NCBI GenBank assembly: GCA_003222245.1
Contig: QHVH01000011.1
Coordinates: 5,910-69,909, forward strand
Source of the DNA: Blastocatellia bacterium AA13
Lineage (GTDB): Bacteria; Acidobacteriota; Blastocatellia; UBA7656
Length of the DNA stretch: 64,000 nucleotides
Reading direction: 5' to 3'
Shown here: positions 20,461 through 30,277 of the stretch, one piece after another
How the letters are laid out: each line of letters begins with the position of its first letter
How positions within the stretch are numbered: the first letter of the stretch is position 1
Translations under genes and position numbers: made by a program
The notes under the pieces: generated by a model
What the model saw: only the letters and a program-made list of their open reading frames with translations
What the model was told of the DNA's origin: nothing
The model's database searches: none

Positions 20461-22136
20461 TGGCGAAGTCTTACGCTAACATCGCGCGGACAAAGTTTGA
20501 CCAGAACGCGGAAGTCGATTTTCTGATCATAGGCGCCGGCGCTTCCGGTGGGATTATCGCAAAGGAGCTCGCTACGGCAGGGTTTCGCGTGGTCGCGCTC
20601 GAACAGGGACCATATCTCTCTGAAAAAGACTTCGTGCATGACGAGTTCAAGTTCATGCAGCAACGCGCCATCACTAACGATTACAAGCGACAGCCCAATA
20701 CCTTTCGCCATAGCGAGAAGGAAGAAGCCAAGGTTCAACCGGCGATCATCTACGGGCGGCTTGTCGGGGGAGGGAGCGTGCCTTTTGCCGCGAATTACTG
20801 GCGGCTTCACGAAATCGATTTCATCGAGCGAAGCAAGCTCGGTCCGATCGCCGGAACCGGATTCTCCGATTGGCCGATCACATACGCGGAGCTTGAGCCC
20901 TACTACACCAAGGCCGAGTGGGATCTTGGCGTGTCGGGAGCGCCGGGGCCGTTCGATTCGCCTCGATCAAGGCCCTATCCACTCCCTCCGCTTCCGATAA
21001 AGTCATCCGGCGTGCTTGCCGAGCGGGCCGCTCGCAAGCTCGGATGGCACGCGCAGCCCGCTCCGATGGCAATCCTGTCGAAGCCCTATCGCGGCAGAAG
21101 CGCGTGCGCGCATTGCGGATTCTGCTCGTACTTCGGCTGCGAGATGGAAGCGAAGTCGTCGACCCTGACCACCGTGATTCGAGAGGCTGAAAAAACCGGA
21201 CGCTGCGAGATCAGGCCTAACAGCTATGTGCGCCAGATCGAAGTCAACAAAGCTGGGCTCGTCACCGGAGTCACCTACTTTGACGAGAATCGCAAGGAAC
21301 GGTTTCAAGCCGCGAAAGCCGTTGTTCTGAGCGCGAACGGCGCCGAGACACCGAAGCTTCTGCTGATGTCGAAATCCTCGAAATTTCCGCACGGACTTGC
21401 GAACTCGAGCGGCAAGGTCGGCAAGTATCTTATGTTCAACGGCCACGCTAACGCAGGCGCGGTCTTCGAGCAGCAGTTGAACGAGTTCAAAAGCGTGGCG
21501 GTCAGCCGGATAATTCACGATTTCTACAACTGCGATCCGAAACGCGGCTTTTACGGAGGCGGCGGACTGGATACGCGGTTCGTTCAATACCCGCTCGGAT
21601 TTGCGATTCGTGGACTGCCTCCAGACGCGCCGCGATGGGGCCGCGAATACAAACGCATGCTGGCTGAACAGTACACGCGGACTCTGACGGTGCTTTGCCA
21701 TACGACTTCGCTCGCCGTCGAGTCGAACAACATAACGCTCGATCCTCACGTGAAGGATGAATGGGGTCTGCCCGCGGTGCGAGTCACGTATACCGATCAC
21801 GCGAGTGATCTCAAGATGATGCAGTTCCTTCAGGATCGCGCCAAAGAACTGCTCGATGCGGCCGGCGCGCGCAAGGTTTGGGCTCGTCCGGTCGGGCCCC
21901 AGTCGTTCGGCTTCCATCTGTTGGGAACCTGCCGGATGGGAAACGATCCGAAGGAATCAGTGATTGATAAGGATCACCGCACGCACGACGTTCCCAACCT
22001 GTTCATCAGCGACGGAAGCAGCATGGTGACGTCGGGACGAGGCCAGCCTACCTGCACCATTCAGGCGCTGGCTTATCGCGCTTCCGACCGGATCGTCCAG
22101 CTTGCAAAGAGCGGCGAGATCAAGTCAGCGCTCTAG
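20457..22136 (+). CDS. GMC-family FAD oxidoreductase (dehydrogenase large subunit)
   Basis: IIGAGASG, VGGGS, WPITYAELEPYY, CAHCGFCSYFGC Fe-S motif, HLLGTCRMG. Confidence 0.9.
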   Translation: MMAKSYANIARTKFDQNAEVDFLIIGAGASGGIIAKELATAGFRVVALEQGPYLSEKDFVHDEFKFMQQRAITNDYKRQPNTFRHSEKEEAKVQPAIIYGRLVGGGSVPFAANYWRLHEIDFIERSKLGPIAGTGFSDWPITYAELEPYYTKAEWDLGVSGAPGPFDSPRSRPYPLPPLPIKSSGVLAERAARKLGWHAQPAPMAILSKPYRGRSACAHCGFCSYFGCEMEAKSSTLTTVIREAEKTGRCEIRPNSYVRQIEVNKAGLVTGVTYFDENRKERFQAAKAVVLSANGAETPKLLLMSKSSKFPHGLANSSGKVGKYLMFNGHANAGAVFEQQLNEFKSVAVSRIIHDFYNCDPKRGFYGGGGLDTRFVQYPLGFAIRGLPPDAPRWGREYKRMLAEQYTRTLTVLCHTTSLAVESNNITLDPHVKDEWGLPAVRVTYTDHASDLKMMQFLQDRAKELLDAAGARKVWARPVGPQSFGFHLLGTCRMGNDPKESVIDKDHRTHDVPNLFISDGSSMVTSGRGQPTCTIQALAYRASDRIVQLAKSGEIKSAL

Positions 22137-22220
22137 CCAGGCCGGATTGTACGGATGAAAGATTCAAAGAAATCCGGCTCTCACTATCGAAATACACCTT
22201 ACCCAAACGAGGAAACTGTG

Positions 22221-22709
22221 ATGAAACGCTTGCGAGTTGTAGCTGCATTATCCCTGGTTGTCGTAGCTTTGGTATTTGCCGCGGCGGCTTATAAATCGAC
22301 ACCGGCCAGCTCAGGAGAGGCAGGCCTCCAGAATCAAGTCGAGTACTCCAGCGCAAAGAGCGCGGCGAATCGGCCCTTCTCCGACGTGGTGCGCGTGGGG
22401 AATATGCTCTACCTTTCAGGCAAGCTAGGGACGGACAGCAGCGGGAAACTCGCCGTCGGCGGCATCACCGCCGAGACAAAGCAGGCTCTCGAGAACATCA
22501 AAGCGGTGCTCGCGAGCAACGGCTCTTCGCTCGACAACGTCGTCAAAAGCACGGTCATGCTTGCGGATATGAAGGAATGGGCCGATATGAATTCGGTTTA
22601 CACGACCTTCTTCAAGAAAGAACGCATGCCGGCCCGCAGCGCCTTTGGAGTGACAGGCCTCGCTCTTAACGCTCGCGTTGAAATTGAGTGTGTGGCTACG
22701 GTGAAGTGA
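22221..22709 (+). CDS. RidA/YjgF family protein with N-terminal signal peptide
   Basis: LYLSG, VVKSTVMLADM, MN.VY, PARSA, VEIEC; hydrophobic leader MKRLRVVAALSLVVVALVFAAAA. Confidence 0.88.
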   Translation: MKRLRVVAALSLVVVALVFAAAAYKSTPASSGEAGLQNQVEYSSAKSAANRPFSDVVRVGNMLYLSGKLGTDSSGKLAVGGITAETKQALENIKAVLASNGSSLDNVVKSTVMLADMKEWADMNSVYTTFFKKERMPARSAFGVTGLALNARVEIECVATVK

Positions 22710-22824
22710 CGATCAGGCTGGTGTTAAACGAAAAGAGTCGTCCTCTGATAGATGGGGCGGGTTACTTCAAAGCGGAGCGGCCAATGGGCTCTTGGCTATT
22801 GACTGAAGGTCAAAGGCGCTCATT

Positions 22825-23172
22825 CTATACCCCCGCAAATGGGATCAGATCATCAACGCGTGTAATAAGAGGTTGATCAATTCCGGCGGAATCCGCTTCC
22901 GCATATACGTCCGCGGCACTTGCTCCTGATGCTATGAGGCGATCCCCCTTTAACGCGATCCATTGACCGGCGTATTCCTGGCGGTGCTCATCGAGCCATT
23001 TCATTTCCCTGGTAAATTCTTCGTTGGTGACTATCAGCGGCGCACGCCCATCTTTTGCCTGAGGAGCTGCCGGAGCCAGCCTACGATCGAGAAGGGCATA
23101 GAGTCTTCGCTGCTCAGAAATCGTAAGCTCATTGACCTTCTTCACCAATTCATCAAACTCGATTTGAGCCAT
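22825..23172 (-). CDS. DUF5678-like small protein
   Basis: WLDEHRQEYAGQWIALKGDRLIASG...P.I.RV pattern; AGGTAGG upstream. Confidence 0.7.
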   Translation of the reverse strand: MAQIEFDELVKKVNELTISEQRRLYALLDRRLAPAAPQAKDGRAPLIVTNEEFTREMKWLDEHRQEYAGQWIALKGDRLIASGASAADVYAEADSAGIDQPLITRVDDLIPFAGV

Positions 23173-23231
23173 AAAAGCCTACCTTTAGTAACATTTTTCT
23201 GGTGATTATAGCAGGTGAAATGCACGGCGCG

Positions 23232-23263
23232 TGATTGGTTGCGTGGCGCGACGCAACCAATCA
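23232..23263. promoter_or_regulatory. Perfect 13-bp inverted repeat (operator or hairpin candidate)
   Basis: TGATTGGTTGCGT-ggcgcg-ACGCAACCAATCA in a divergent intergenic region. Confidence 0.55.
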
Positions 23264-23438
23264 AGTCACTCTGTACGCGATTCCGCTTGTCACCGGTCAC
23301 GGGTCAAACTAGTATTCCGTCTCCCAAGGGTTGCGCGTTTTCAGATCAATCAACCGAATCCGTAGCAGACCGAAGAACAGAAAGGCAGTTCGAAGGAGAG
23401 CCTTCACTGAGAAGCTCACGCTCTCAACCTCTCAACCA

Positions 23439-24923
23439 ATGATGCGAGCGGATCGAAGAGTACACCGAGCGAGGCGCAGCAATGGAGCGGCAGCGCGTTT
23501 GCGTATAGCTCTCCTGATCTCCGCAACCATGCTGCTTGCATTTCCGCTCAGCATTTCAGCGCACGACATCCCCAACGACGTCACGATTAATGTCTTTCTG
23601 AAGCCCGAAGGACAAACCCTGCGGCTGCTTGCGAGAGTGCCGCTCAAGGCTTGCCGAGACGTCGACTATCCCCGACGTGGGGCCGGATTTCTGGATATTG
23701 CGCGAGCCGGTGATTCGCTGAGAGACGCGGCTACGCAATGGATTTCCGATGACGTGAATCTCTACGAGGGCAGTCAGCTTCTCGAGAAACCGACGGTGAT
23801 AGCCGTACGCGTATCGCTCGAATCTGACCGGTCCTTTGAGTCGTATGACTCGGCTCTTGACCATATAGCGAGCCCTCCACTCGCAAACAACATCGATCTC
23901 TACTGGAATCAGGGTCTGCTGGATGTGTTGTTCGAATATCCGATTCGCTCCGATCAATCTGACTTCTCGATTGAAGCTTCATTTGCGAAACTGGGATTGC
24001 AGGTCAACACGGTGCTTCGATTCCTGCCGCCGGGCGGCGCAGTCCGAGCGTTTGAGATAACCGGCGACGAGGGCCTCATCAGGTTGGACCCGAGATGGTA
24101 TCAAGCCGCATTGCGCTTTGTGGGAGCGGGATTCCTGCACATTCTGGGCGGGACGGATCATCTGCTCTTTCTCTTCTGCCTTGTCATCCCGTTCAGACGC
24201 TTCGCTGCGTTGATAAAAGTGGTGACCGCCTTTACTGTAGCTCACTCGATTACGCTCATTGCTTCTGCTTACAACCTTGGGCCTGACGCTCTATGGTTTC
24301 CAGCCTTCATAGAAACACTGATTGCGGTTTCGATTGTGTACATGGCTCTGGAGAACATCGTCGGAGCCGGCAAGGTGGGCAGAAGATGGGCGGTCGCGCT
24401 CGGCTTCGGCCTGATTCACGGGTTCGGTTTCTCATTCGCTCTGAGCCGGACGCTGCAATTCGCCGGGTCGCACCTGCTCACGTCGCTTTTGTCATTCAAC
24501 ATCGGCGTCGAGTTGGGCCAGCTCCTCGTTCTCGTTTTGCTGATACCGGCTCTGGAATTGCTCTTTCGATTCGTCGTAGCCGAACGAATCGGGACGATAA
24601 TTCTCTCCGCGATCGTCGCTCACACCGGCTGGCACTGGATGATGGATCGCTGCGACCGGCTTAGGGCGTTTGGGTGGTCCGCGTTGAGCGCAGCAACCCT
24701 GGCGAGCGCGATGCGCTGGTTGATGGCGCTGATCGTGCTCGGCTTGATCGTGTTTCTATCGCGGGAGATGTCCAAAAACCGCCAAGGTGCTTTAATCGCA
24801 AATACTCAAGAGCCTGAAAGTCAGCTCGACGCGGGTAGAATTGAGAAGCCGAAGGGCCGGCGGTTCTCTATACAGTCGTTTCTGCGCATGCTTCGTCGTG
24901 ATGAAAAGGGAGGAACCGTATGA
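23439..24923 (+). CDS. HupE/UreJ-family membrane protein with large periplasmic domain (start uncertain)
   Basis: HILGGTDHLLFL, TAFTVAHSITL, FGLIHGFGF, SFNIGVELGQL; signal peptide ending SA-HDIP. Confidence 0.85.
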   Translation: MMRADRRVHRARRSNGAAARLRIALLISATMLLAFPLSISAHDIPNDVTINVFLKPEGQTLRLLARVPLKACRDVDYPRRGAGFLDIARAGDSLRDAATQWISDDVNLYEGSQLLEKPTVIAVRVSLESDRSFESYDSALDHIASPPLANNIDLYWNQGLLDVLFEYPIRSDQSDFSIEASFAKLGLQVNTVLRFLPPGGAVRAFEITGDEGLIRLDPRWYQAALRFVGAGFLHILGGTDHLLFLFCLVIPFRRFAALIKVVTAFTVAHSITLIASAYNLGPDALWFPAFIETLIAVSIVYMALENIVGAGKVGRRWAVALGFGLIHGFGFSFALSRTLQFAGSHLLTSLLSFNIGVELGQLLVLVLLIPALELLFRFVVAERIGTIILSAIVAHTGWHWMMDRCDRLRAFGWSALSAATLASAMRWLMALIVLGLIVFLSREMSKNRQGALIANTQEPESQLDAGRIEKPKGRRFSIQSFLRMLRRDEKGGTV

Positions 24924-25963
24924 TTAACTTCTGTCGTTTGATGTCGGTAGTTGTTGCACTGGCGGTTGTAGCCGGAGCATCGGTTTCCACTCAGAGCGCT
25001 CAGCCCGTCAATGATCTGCCTAATACCTATGCCACAGTAGAGAACTGGGCGAAGATGCCCGAAGGCCGCATCTGGGGCGCGACCAGCGCAGTAGAGATTG
25101 ATCGCGACGGCAAGTCAATCTGGGTGGGCGAACGCTGCGGCGCAAATTCATGCGCCGGATCAACAATGGCATCGGTGCTCAAGTTCGACGAAACCGGAAA
25201 ACTCGTCAAGAGCTTTGGCGAAGGAATGTTCATTTTTCCTCACGGCATGCACGTGGACCGTCAAGGAAACGTCTGGGTGACGGACGGCGTTCCGCCCGGC
25301 GCGGCCAACAATCCCGCCGCCGCGGGCAAGGGACACATCGTCGTGAAATTCAGCCCCGAAGGAAAAGTTCTTCTGACGCTCGGAAAAGCCGGTGTAACCG
25401 GAGACGGCCCGGATACCTTCAATCAACCATCGGATGTAGTCACCGCGCCCAACGGAGACATCTTTGTCGCCGATGGACACGGAGGAAATTCGAACGCCCG
25501 CATCGTGAAGTTTTCCAAAGACGGCAAATTCATCAAGGCCTGGGGAAGGAAGGGCACGGCGCCCGGCGAGTTTGATACTCCGCACGCGCTGGCGTTCGAT
25601 TCACGAGGCCGATTGTTCGTCGCGGACCGCAACAACAACCGTCTTCAGATTTTCGATCAGGACGGCAAGTTCCTCGAAGAGTGGAAACAGTTCAGCCGCA
25701 TCAGCGGGCTCTACATCGATAAGAACGACGTTCTATATGCCGCGGATTCCGAATCCAATACGGCTCGTCATCCCGGCTGGAAGCGCGGCATCCGAGTCGG
25801 CAGCGCCAAAGACGGAAAAGTGTGGGCATTCATCCCCGATCCCGAAGCAAGCCCCGACAAGAGCGCTACCAGCGCAGCCGAAGGCGTCGCAGCCGATGCA
25901 AAAGGCAACATCTACGGCGCCGAGGTCGGGCCAAAAGCGTTGAAGAGATACGTCAAGAAGTAG
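24920..25963 (+). CDS. Secreted NHL beta-propeller, peptidyl-alpha-hydroxyglycine alpha-amidating lyase (PAL)-like
   Basis: FPHGMHVD, FNQPSDV, IFVADGHG, GEFDTPHALAFD, VADRNNNRLQIFD repeats; signal peptide; 4-bp overlap with hupE. Confidence 0.85.
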   Translation: MINFCRLMSVVVALAVVAGASVSTQSAQPVNDLPNTYATVENWAKMPEGRIWGATSAVEIDRDGKSIWVGERCGANSCAGSTMASVLKFDETGKLVKSFGEGMFIFPHGMHVDRQGNVWVTDGVPPGAANNPAAAGKGHIVVKFSPEGKVLLTLGKAGVTGDGPDTFNQPSDVVTAPNGDIFVADGHGGNSNARIVKFSKDGKFIKAWGRKGTAPGEFDTPHALAFDSRGRLFVADRNNNRLQIFDQDGKFLEEWKQFSRISGLYIDKNDVLYAADSESNTARHPGWKRGIRVGSAKDGKVWAFIPDPEASPDKSATSAAEGVAADAKGNIYGAEVGPKALKRYVKK

Positions 25964-26049
25964 GGCGCGATTCGAATCATAGACTTTCAATTCGGGCGGT
26001 GCTAGAGTGGCCTTCAGGACGCTGAACCTTCTCACCTGAAGGGGGCAAC

Positions 26050-27396
26050 ATGCACATTTTATCGAGGATCACGGGCGCGCTCGGCGGCGTAGCAGTGCTT
26101 GCGATTGCCGGCATCGCGTTATCCGGAGGCGCCGCGGCCGATTCGAAGGAAGGCTCGGTTCCTGCAAAGCCTACCTTCACAAAAGACATTCTTCCGATCA
26201 TGCAGAAGAAGTGTCAGGACTGCCATCGAGAGGGCGGTATGGCTCCGATGCCGCTGCGGTCCTACGAAGATGTGCGGCCGTGGGCGCGCGCGATCAAGGA
26301 AAAGGTCGTTTCGCGATATATGCCTCCCTGGCACATCGACCCCACGGTAGGCGAGTACGATCCTGATCCTTCGCTCAGCGATGCGCAGATTGCCACGATA
26401 GCGAAATGGGTTGATTCCGGCGCGCCTAAAGGCAACCCGTCCGATGCTCCGCCCCCTCGCGTCTTTCCACCCAACAACACCTGGGTGTTCGGCGAGGAAC
26501 CCGATCTCGTCGTCACAAGCGCCGGATTCGAAGTGCCGGCTACGGCGGCCGACCAATATCCGAAGGTGGATGTTCCTACCGGACTCACCGAAGACCGCTA
26601 CATCAAATGGATGCAGGTGATTCCCGAAGATCCCACCGTGCTTCATCACGTTCTTATCTACGCGCTTCAGAGCGAAGCAGCCACCGGAGGCGTGCGCGGG
26701 GTGAAACCCACGCAAGGTAGCAATTCTCTCCTGACTGAGTACGCGAGAGGTAACGACGGAGACATATTCGCCAACGGTACGGCGAAACTGCTGAAAGCGG
26801 GATCAAAGCTGCGGTTCAGTTTTCACTATCATCCCAACGGCTCAAAAGCGGTCAACGAGCATGCCAGGATAGGATTCAAGTTCTTTCCGAAGGGCTATAC
26901 GCCAAAATATCTGATTTCCACCAAAGGGGTCTCGTCTCCGGCTTCTCTGGCGATCCCGCCCGGCGAAGCGAACGCGAGAAGCGATGCTTACTTCAGGCTC
27001 GAAGAGCCCGCAAGACTCGTGAGCTTTCAGCCTCATATGCATTATCGCGGCAAGCGAATGGCGCTCGAGGCAATCCTTCCGGACGGACAGCCGCAGCTTC
27101 TCACCGATGTCGCGCACTTCGTCTGGACCTGGCAGATCACCTACGCCTATAAGACTCCACCTGCGTTTCCAAAGAACACGGTGCTGCACGTGACCTCTTA
27201 TCACGATAATTCGGCGGGCAACAGAGAGAACCCCGATCCTACCGCTTTCGTTGGATGGGGCGATCGAACGGTCGATGAGATGAACATCGGGTGGATCGAC
27301 TTTTACTACATCACCGATCAGGAATACGCGGATCTGCAAAAGCAGAAAGACGGTTCGCCAAAGGCTACTGTAGCGACGGGCTCAGGCCGACAATGA
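26050..27396 (+). CDS. Heme c + copper type II (PHM/DBH-like) monooxygenase fusion, secreted
   Basis: Signal peptide; CQDCH heme motif; VLHHV, FHY, PHMH, DEM copper-ligand motifs in PHM order. Confidence 0.82.
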   Translation: MHILSRITGALGGVAVLAIAGIALSGGAAADSKEGSVPAKPTFTKDILPIMQKKCQDCHREGGMAPMPLRSYEDVRPWARAIKEKVVSRYMPPWHIDPTVGEYDPDPSLSDAQIATIAKWVDSGAPKGNPSDAPPPRVFPPNNTWVFGEEPDLVVTSAGFEVPATAADQYPKVDVPTGLTEDRYIKWMQVIPEDPTVLHHVLIYALQSEAATGGVRGVKPTQGSNSLLTEYARGNDGDIFANGTAKLLKAGSKLRFSFHYHPNGSKAVNEHARIGFKFFPKGYTPKYLISTKGVSSPASLAIPPGEANARSDAYFRLEEPARLVSFQPHMHYRGKRMALEAILPDGQPQLLTDVAHFVWTWQITYAYKTPPAFPKNTVLHVTSYHDNSAGNRENPDPTAFVGWGDRTVDEMNIGWIDFYYITDQEYADLQKQKDGSPKATVATGSGRQ

Positions 27397-27461
27397 CTTT
27401 GATATCCGCTTCGGCAGTATGAGTTGAGCGACTGTCGAGTATAGATCTTGTTTTTATGATT

Positions 27462-28265
27462 TCAGTTTGGCTTCTTATCTTCGGGTGGGCTCACTGTTAC
27501 TTTAACTCTGACGCTATTCGAGAGTTCTGAATCACTCGCGGACAACTCAATTTCATAGGCGCCGGATGCGGCGAACCGCGCTCGCGTAATCGCTCTGGTT
27601 GAATCGGAAAAAGAGACCTCTCCGGGCCCGCTTATCTTCCTCCATGCCGTCGCCGGCTTGCCCCCGCGGGGGAGTCCGTCGTCTTCGATGCTGCCGTTCA
27701 ACGCGAGATCTTGATCCAACCGCACCGTGAAGCTTACCGCCGCGAGCGTGTCACCGCCGGCGTTAATATCCGCAAGCGGATTAATAACCTGAATCGCGGG
27801 GGCTCGGTTCACGCACACGAACTTCGGCGCCTTCGTCGAATCAAGGCCATTGATCACTTTCTTTGCGCTCGCGAGCTCCAGCTCATATAACGGATCCATT
27901 GTTTTGACGGTCGTAGTCGAGATCAAACCTGCAATCCGGACCGTCCACTGAATCTTGCCGTCGAAGTCGCCCGGCACGATCATGCTGCAGGCGAAACGAT
28001 GCCGCCCCGTCAGGAAGCGCGTCGGCTGATTTCGATCCGCGGCTCCTGGCGTGAAGGCGTTATTAACGCCGGGCTCAATCTCTACATCGATATGATTGGT
28101 GTTGAAGTAACCGAAGGACAGCGTGAGCGTGCCGTCTTTATTTTTCACAAAGCCGTCATATTGAAGATAAATCGGCTGAGAAGCCTGAGCTTGCGCCAGC
28201 GCTTCTTGGGTCCGCGCGCCGGCAAATATGATCAGGGAGGCAACGCACAGAAAGGCTCGCGACAT
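27462..28265 (-). CDS. Secreted hypothetical protein with C-terminal PKD/Ig-like domain
   Basis: AGGAGG RBS, signal peptide, DDGLP...W.KISGPG.VSF...F...G.YE..L.ASD PKD-like pattern. Confidence 0.65.
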   Translation of the reverse strand: MSRAFLCVASLIIFAGARTQEALAQAQASQPIYLQYDGFVKNKDGTLTLSFGYFNTNHIDVEIEPGVNNAFTPGAADRNQPTRFLTGRHRFACSMIVPGDFDGKIQWTVRIAGLISTTTVKTMDPLYELELASAKKVINGLDSTKAPKFVCVNRAPAIQVINPLADINAGGDTLAAVSFTVRLDQDLALNGSIEDDGLPRGGKPATAWRKISGPGEVSFSDSTRAITRARFAASGAYEIELSASDSELSNSVRVKVTVSPPEDKKPN

Positions 28266-28366
28266 TGGGCCTCCTGAACGATCAACGGAGTTTGAGCGAC
28301 TAGAGCGGATTCTTCTTCGATATCGCTTGCGGTTCCCGCACGAAACAGCGAGTCAATACTCGCCGA

Positions 28367-29017
28367 TTAATCGAGCCGCCGATAATAAGACTCGCCCGCG
28401 CAGGCGCGGCAGAGTACGCGGCCCTCTCTGACCACTTCGCGGCGGTCGTTTACACCTTCGCCGCATTCCTCGCATTGAACCCTTGAAACCGGACGGCCGG
28501 GCTGATCCTCTTCCGGCAGCTCGATCGAAACGCGCTCGACTTTGAAGAGCGATTCATCGGGGAGAATTTTATAAGCCTTCAACTGCCGTTGGTACTTATC
28601 CGATATTTCAGGAAAGACGCAATCGGCTACTTCGCGGGAAGAATCCAGCGCCACTACGCGCACCGCTTGCCTTGTTCCGGTGTTCAGAAAAGTCGCCGCG
28701 AGTTTTCCGTAGTCGCGGAACTTCATTGTGCGCTTTCCGAGGCGGCACCCGGTTACCGTATTGACCGCGTCGGCGGCGCAACGATCAATCTCGACGAAGA
28801 CGAGCATCTTCTTTTTGTCGGCTCCTCGCGGATCCTCGATGCCGACCTCGCGGCAGCCAAGCATCGCCATTCTCACGCCGAGCACCTGGCCTGCACACAT
28901 ATGGCCGTGTGATCGCTCGGCCTCTACCAGCAGCTCATCAAGAGATTCCATGAATTCTGTCTTGTTCGGAATGCGCTTTTGTGTTCGTCGATGCGTCTCA
29001 ATCAGCGCCATCAACAT
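28367..29017 (-). CDS. FmdE-family protein with C-terminal zinc finger
   Basis: [33 protein letters not shown]...CRAC; alternative start at 28951. Confidence 0.87.
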   Translation of the reverse strand: MLMALIETHRRTQKRIPNKTEFMESLDELLVEAERSHGHMCAGQVLGVRMAMLGCREVGIEDPRGADKKKMLVFVEIDRCAADAVNTVTGCRLGKRTMKFRDYGKLAATFLNTGTRQAVRVVALDSSREVADCVFPEISDKYQRQLKAYKILPDESLFKVERVSIELPEEDQPGRPVSRVQCEECGEGVNDRREVVREGRVLCRACAGESYYRRLD

Positions 29018-30237
29018 CAGTCGCCGGCTGCCGCGGGCGCCAGCTCGGTGTGAACCGGCGAGACTATTCGCGTTTCTTCGCGCGGCAGCATGTAGGCGAA
29101 TATCGTGCTCAGCATCGTCGCTCCCGAAGCTATTACCATCACGTTACGAAATCCAAACGCCGGCACGAGGTTATCCAGTAGAGCCGGGGAAAGAGCGCCG
29201 ATGCCCCAAGCGGCTCCCATCATCAACGCCGATACCGTGCTGGTCTCGCCCGGTACAAGTTCCTGCGCCATTGCGACATTCACAGGGATCGTCGACAGCA
29301 GTGCGAAACCGCCAAGCCCGAGGAACGCGAAGCTCAACGGGCCGCTAGTCAGGAACGCCGCCATCATCAGCGGACCCGAGAGCAATCCCGAATATAAAGT
29401 TACCGCGCGGCCCGACATTCGTTCCGCCAGAAAACCGCCCGCGAGACCGCCGATGCCCCCGAGCAACAAGAACACAGTGAGACCGCCGCCGGCTCCGGTG
29501 ACCTGATACCCTCTTTCGCCCAACAAGAAAGGCAGATAGTTGTTCGTGGTCATCTGCATGCCGGAACGAATCACCGTGATTATGTAGAGACAAAGCAGCG
29601 GCTTCCACACCGGCCAAAACGATGCGGCCAGATTCGGTTTGAGCCGCAGTGCGCCGGTCGCGTCACGCTGGTGGCGTTCGTGCGCGGGAAGCGGAGGACA
29701 GATCACATAGAGAACGGCGCTCGTGAGAAGTCCTATCGCGGCGGCGTAGTATGTACGTCCGAGGCCGAACAGCGTGATGAAAAAAGCAATTCCAATCGGG
29801 CCGATCGAGTAGCCTATGCTTCCCATCGCCGAGAACACCGCCAGACCGACTCTCCGCCGTTCACCGGACGAAACCGAAGCCATCGCGGCAGCCTGCGGAT
29901 GAAACGAGCCTATTCCGATTCCGCCTGCAATTAGAATCGCGAGCAGCACTCCATACGAAGGAGCAAGTCCGATCATCGATATGAAGACTCCGGTAATCGC
30001 GGGGCCGAAAACCGCGAATGACCGTCTGGCGTAGCGGTCAGAGATGATCCCGTAAACGGGCTGCATCAGCGACGACGATATTGCGTACAGCGGAGCGAGC
30101 CAGAAGACCTGCCCCGAGCTGAGGTGCAGATTGTCCTTGAGAAGCGGCAGAAGCGGAAAGATTATGCTGGAATACGAGTCGTTGACGAAGTGACCCGCGC
30201 AAAGCGCCGAAAGAGTCAGTTTGTCGCGTTTCCTCAT
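29017..30237 (-). CDS. MFS transporter (Fsr-like)
   Basis: GHFVND.Y, QPVYG.ISDR, FHPQA motifs; about 12 hydrophobic segments. Confidence 0.87.
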   Translation of the reverse strand: MRKRDKLTLSALCAGHFVNDSYSSIIFPLLPLLKDNLHLSSGQVFWLAPLYAISSSLMQPVYGIISDRYARRSFAVFGPAITGVFISMIGLAPSYGVLLAILIAGGIGIGSFHPQAAAMASVSSGERRRVGLAVFSAMGSIGYSIGPIGIAFFITLFGLGRTYYAAAIGLLTSAVLYVICPPLPAHERHQRDATGALRLKPNLAASFWPVWKPLLCLYIITVIRSGMQMTTNNYLPFLLGERGYQVTGAGGGLTVFLLLGGIGGLAGGFLAERMSGRAVTLYSGLLSGPLMMAAFLTSGPLSFAFLGLGGFALLSTIPVNVAMAQELVPGETSTVSALMMGAAWGIGALSPALLDNLVPAFGFRNVMVIASGATMLSTIFAYMLPREETRIVSPVHTELAPAAAGD

Positions 30238-30277
30238 ACGTTCGCTGCCATTTCCTTCGCGCGCCGGTGAACGGGCT

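Noticed and set aside
21003-21917. 304-aa minus-strand ORF (and similar ORFs at 43551-44354, 31710-32390, 30221-30862)
   Set aside because: Antisense shadows of well-supported genes in GC-rich DNA
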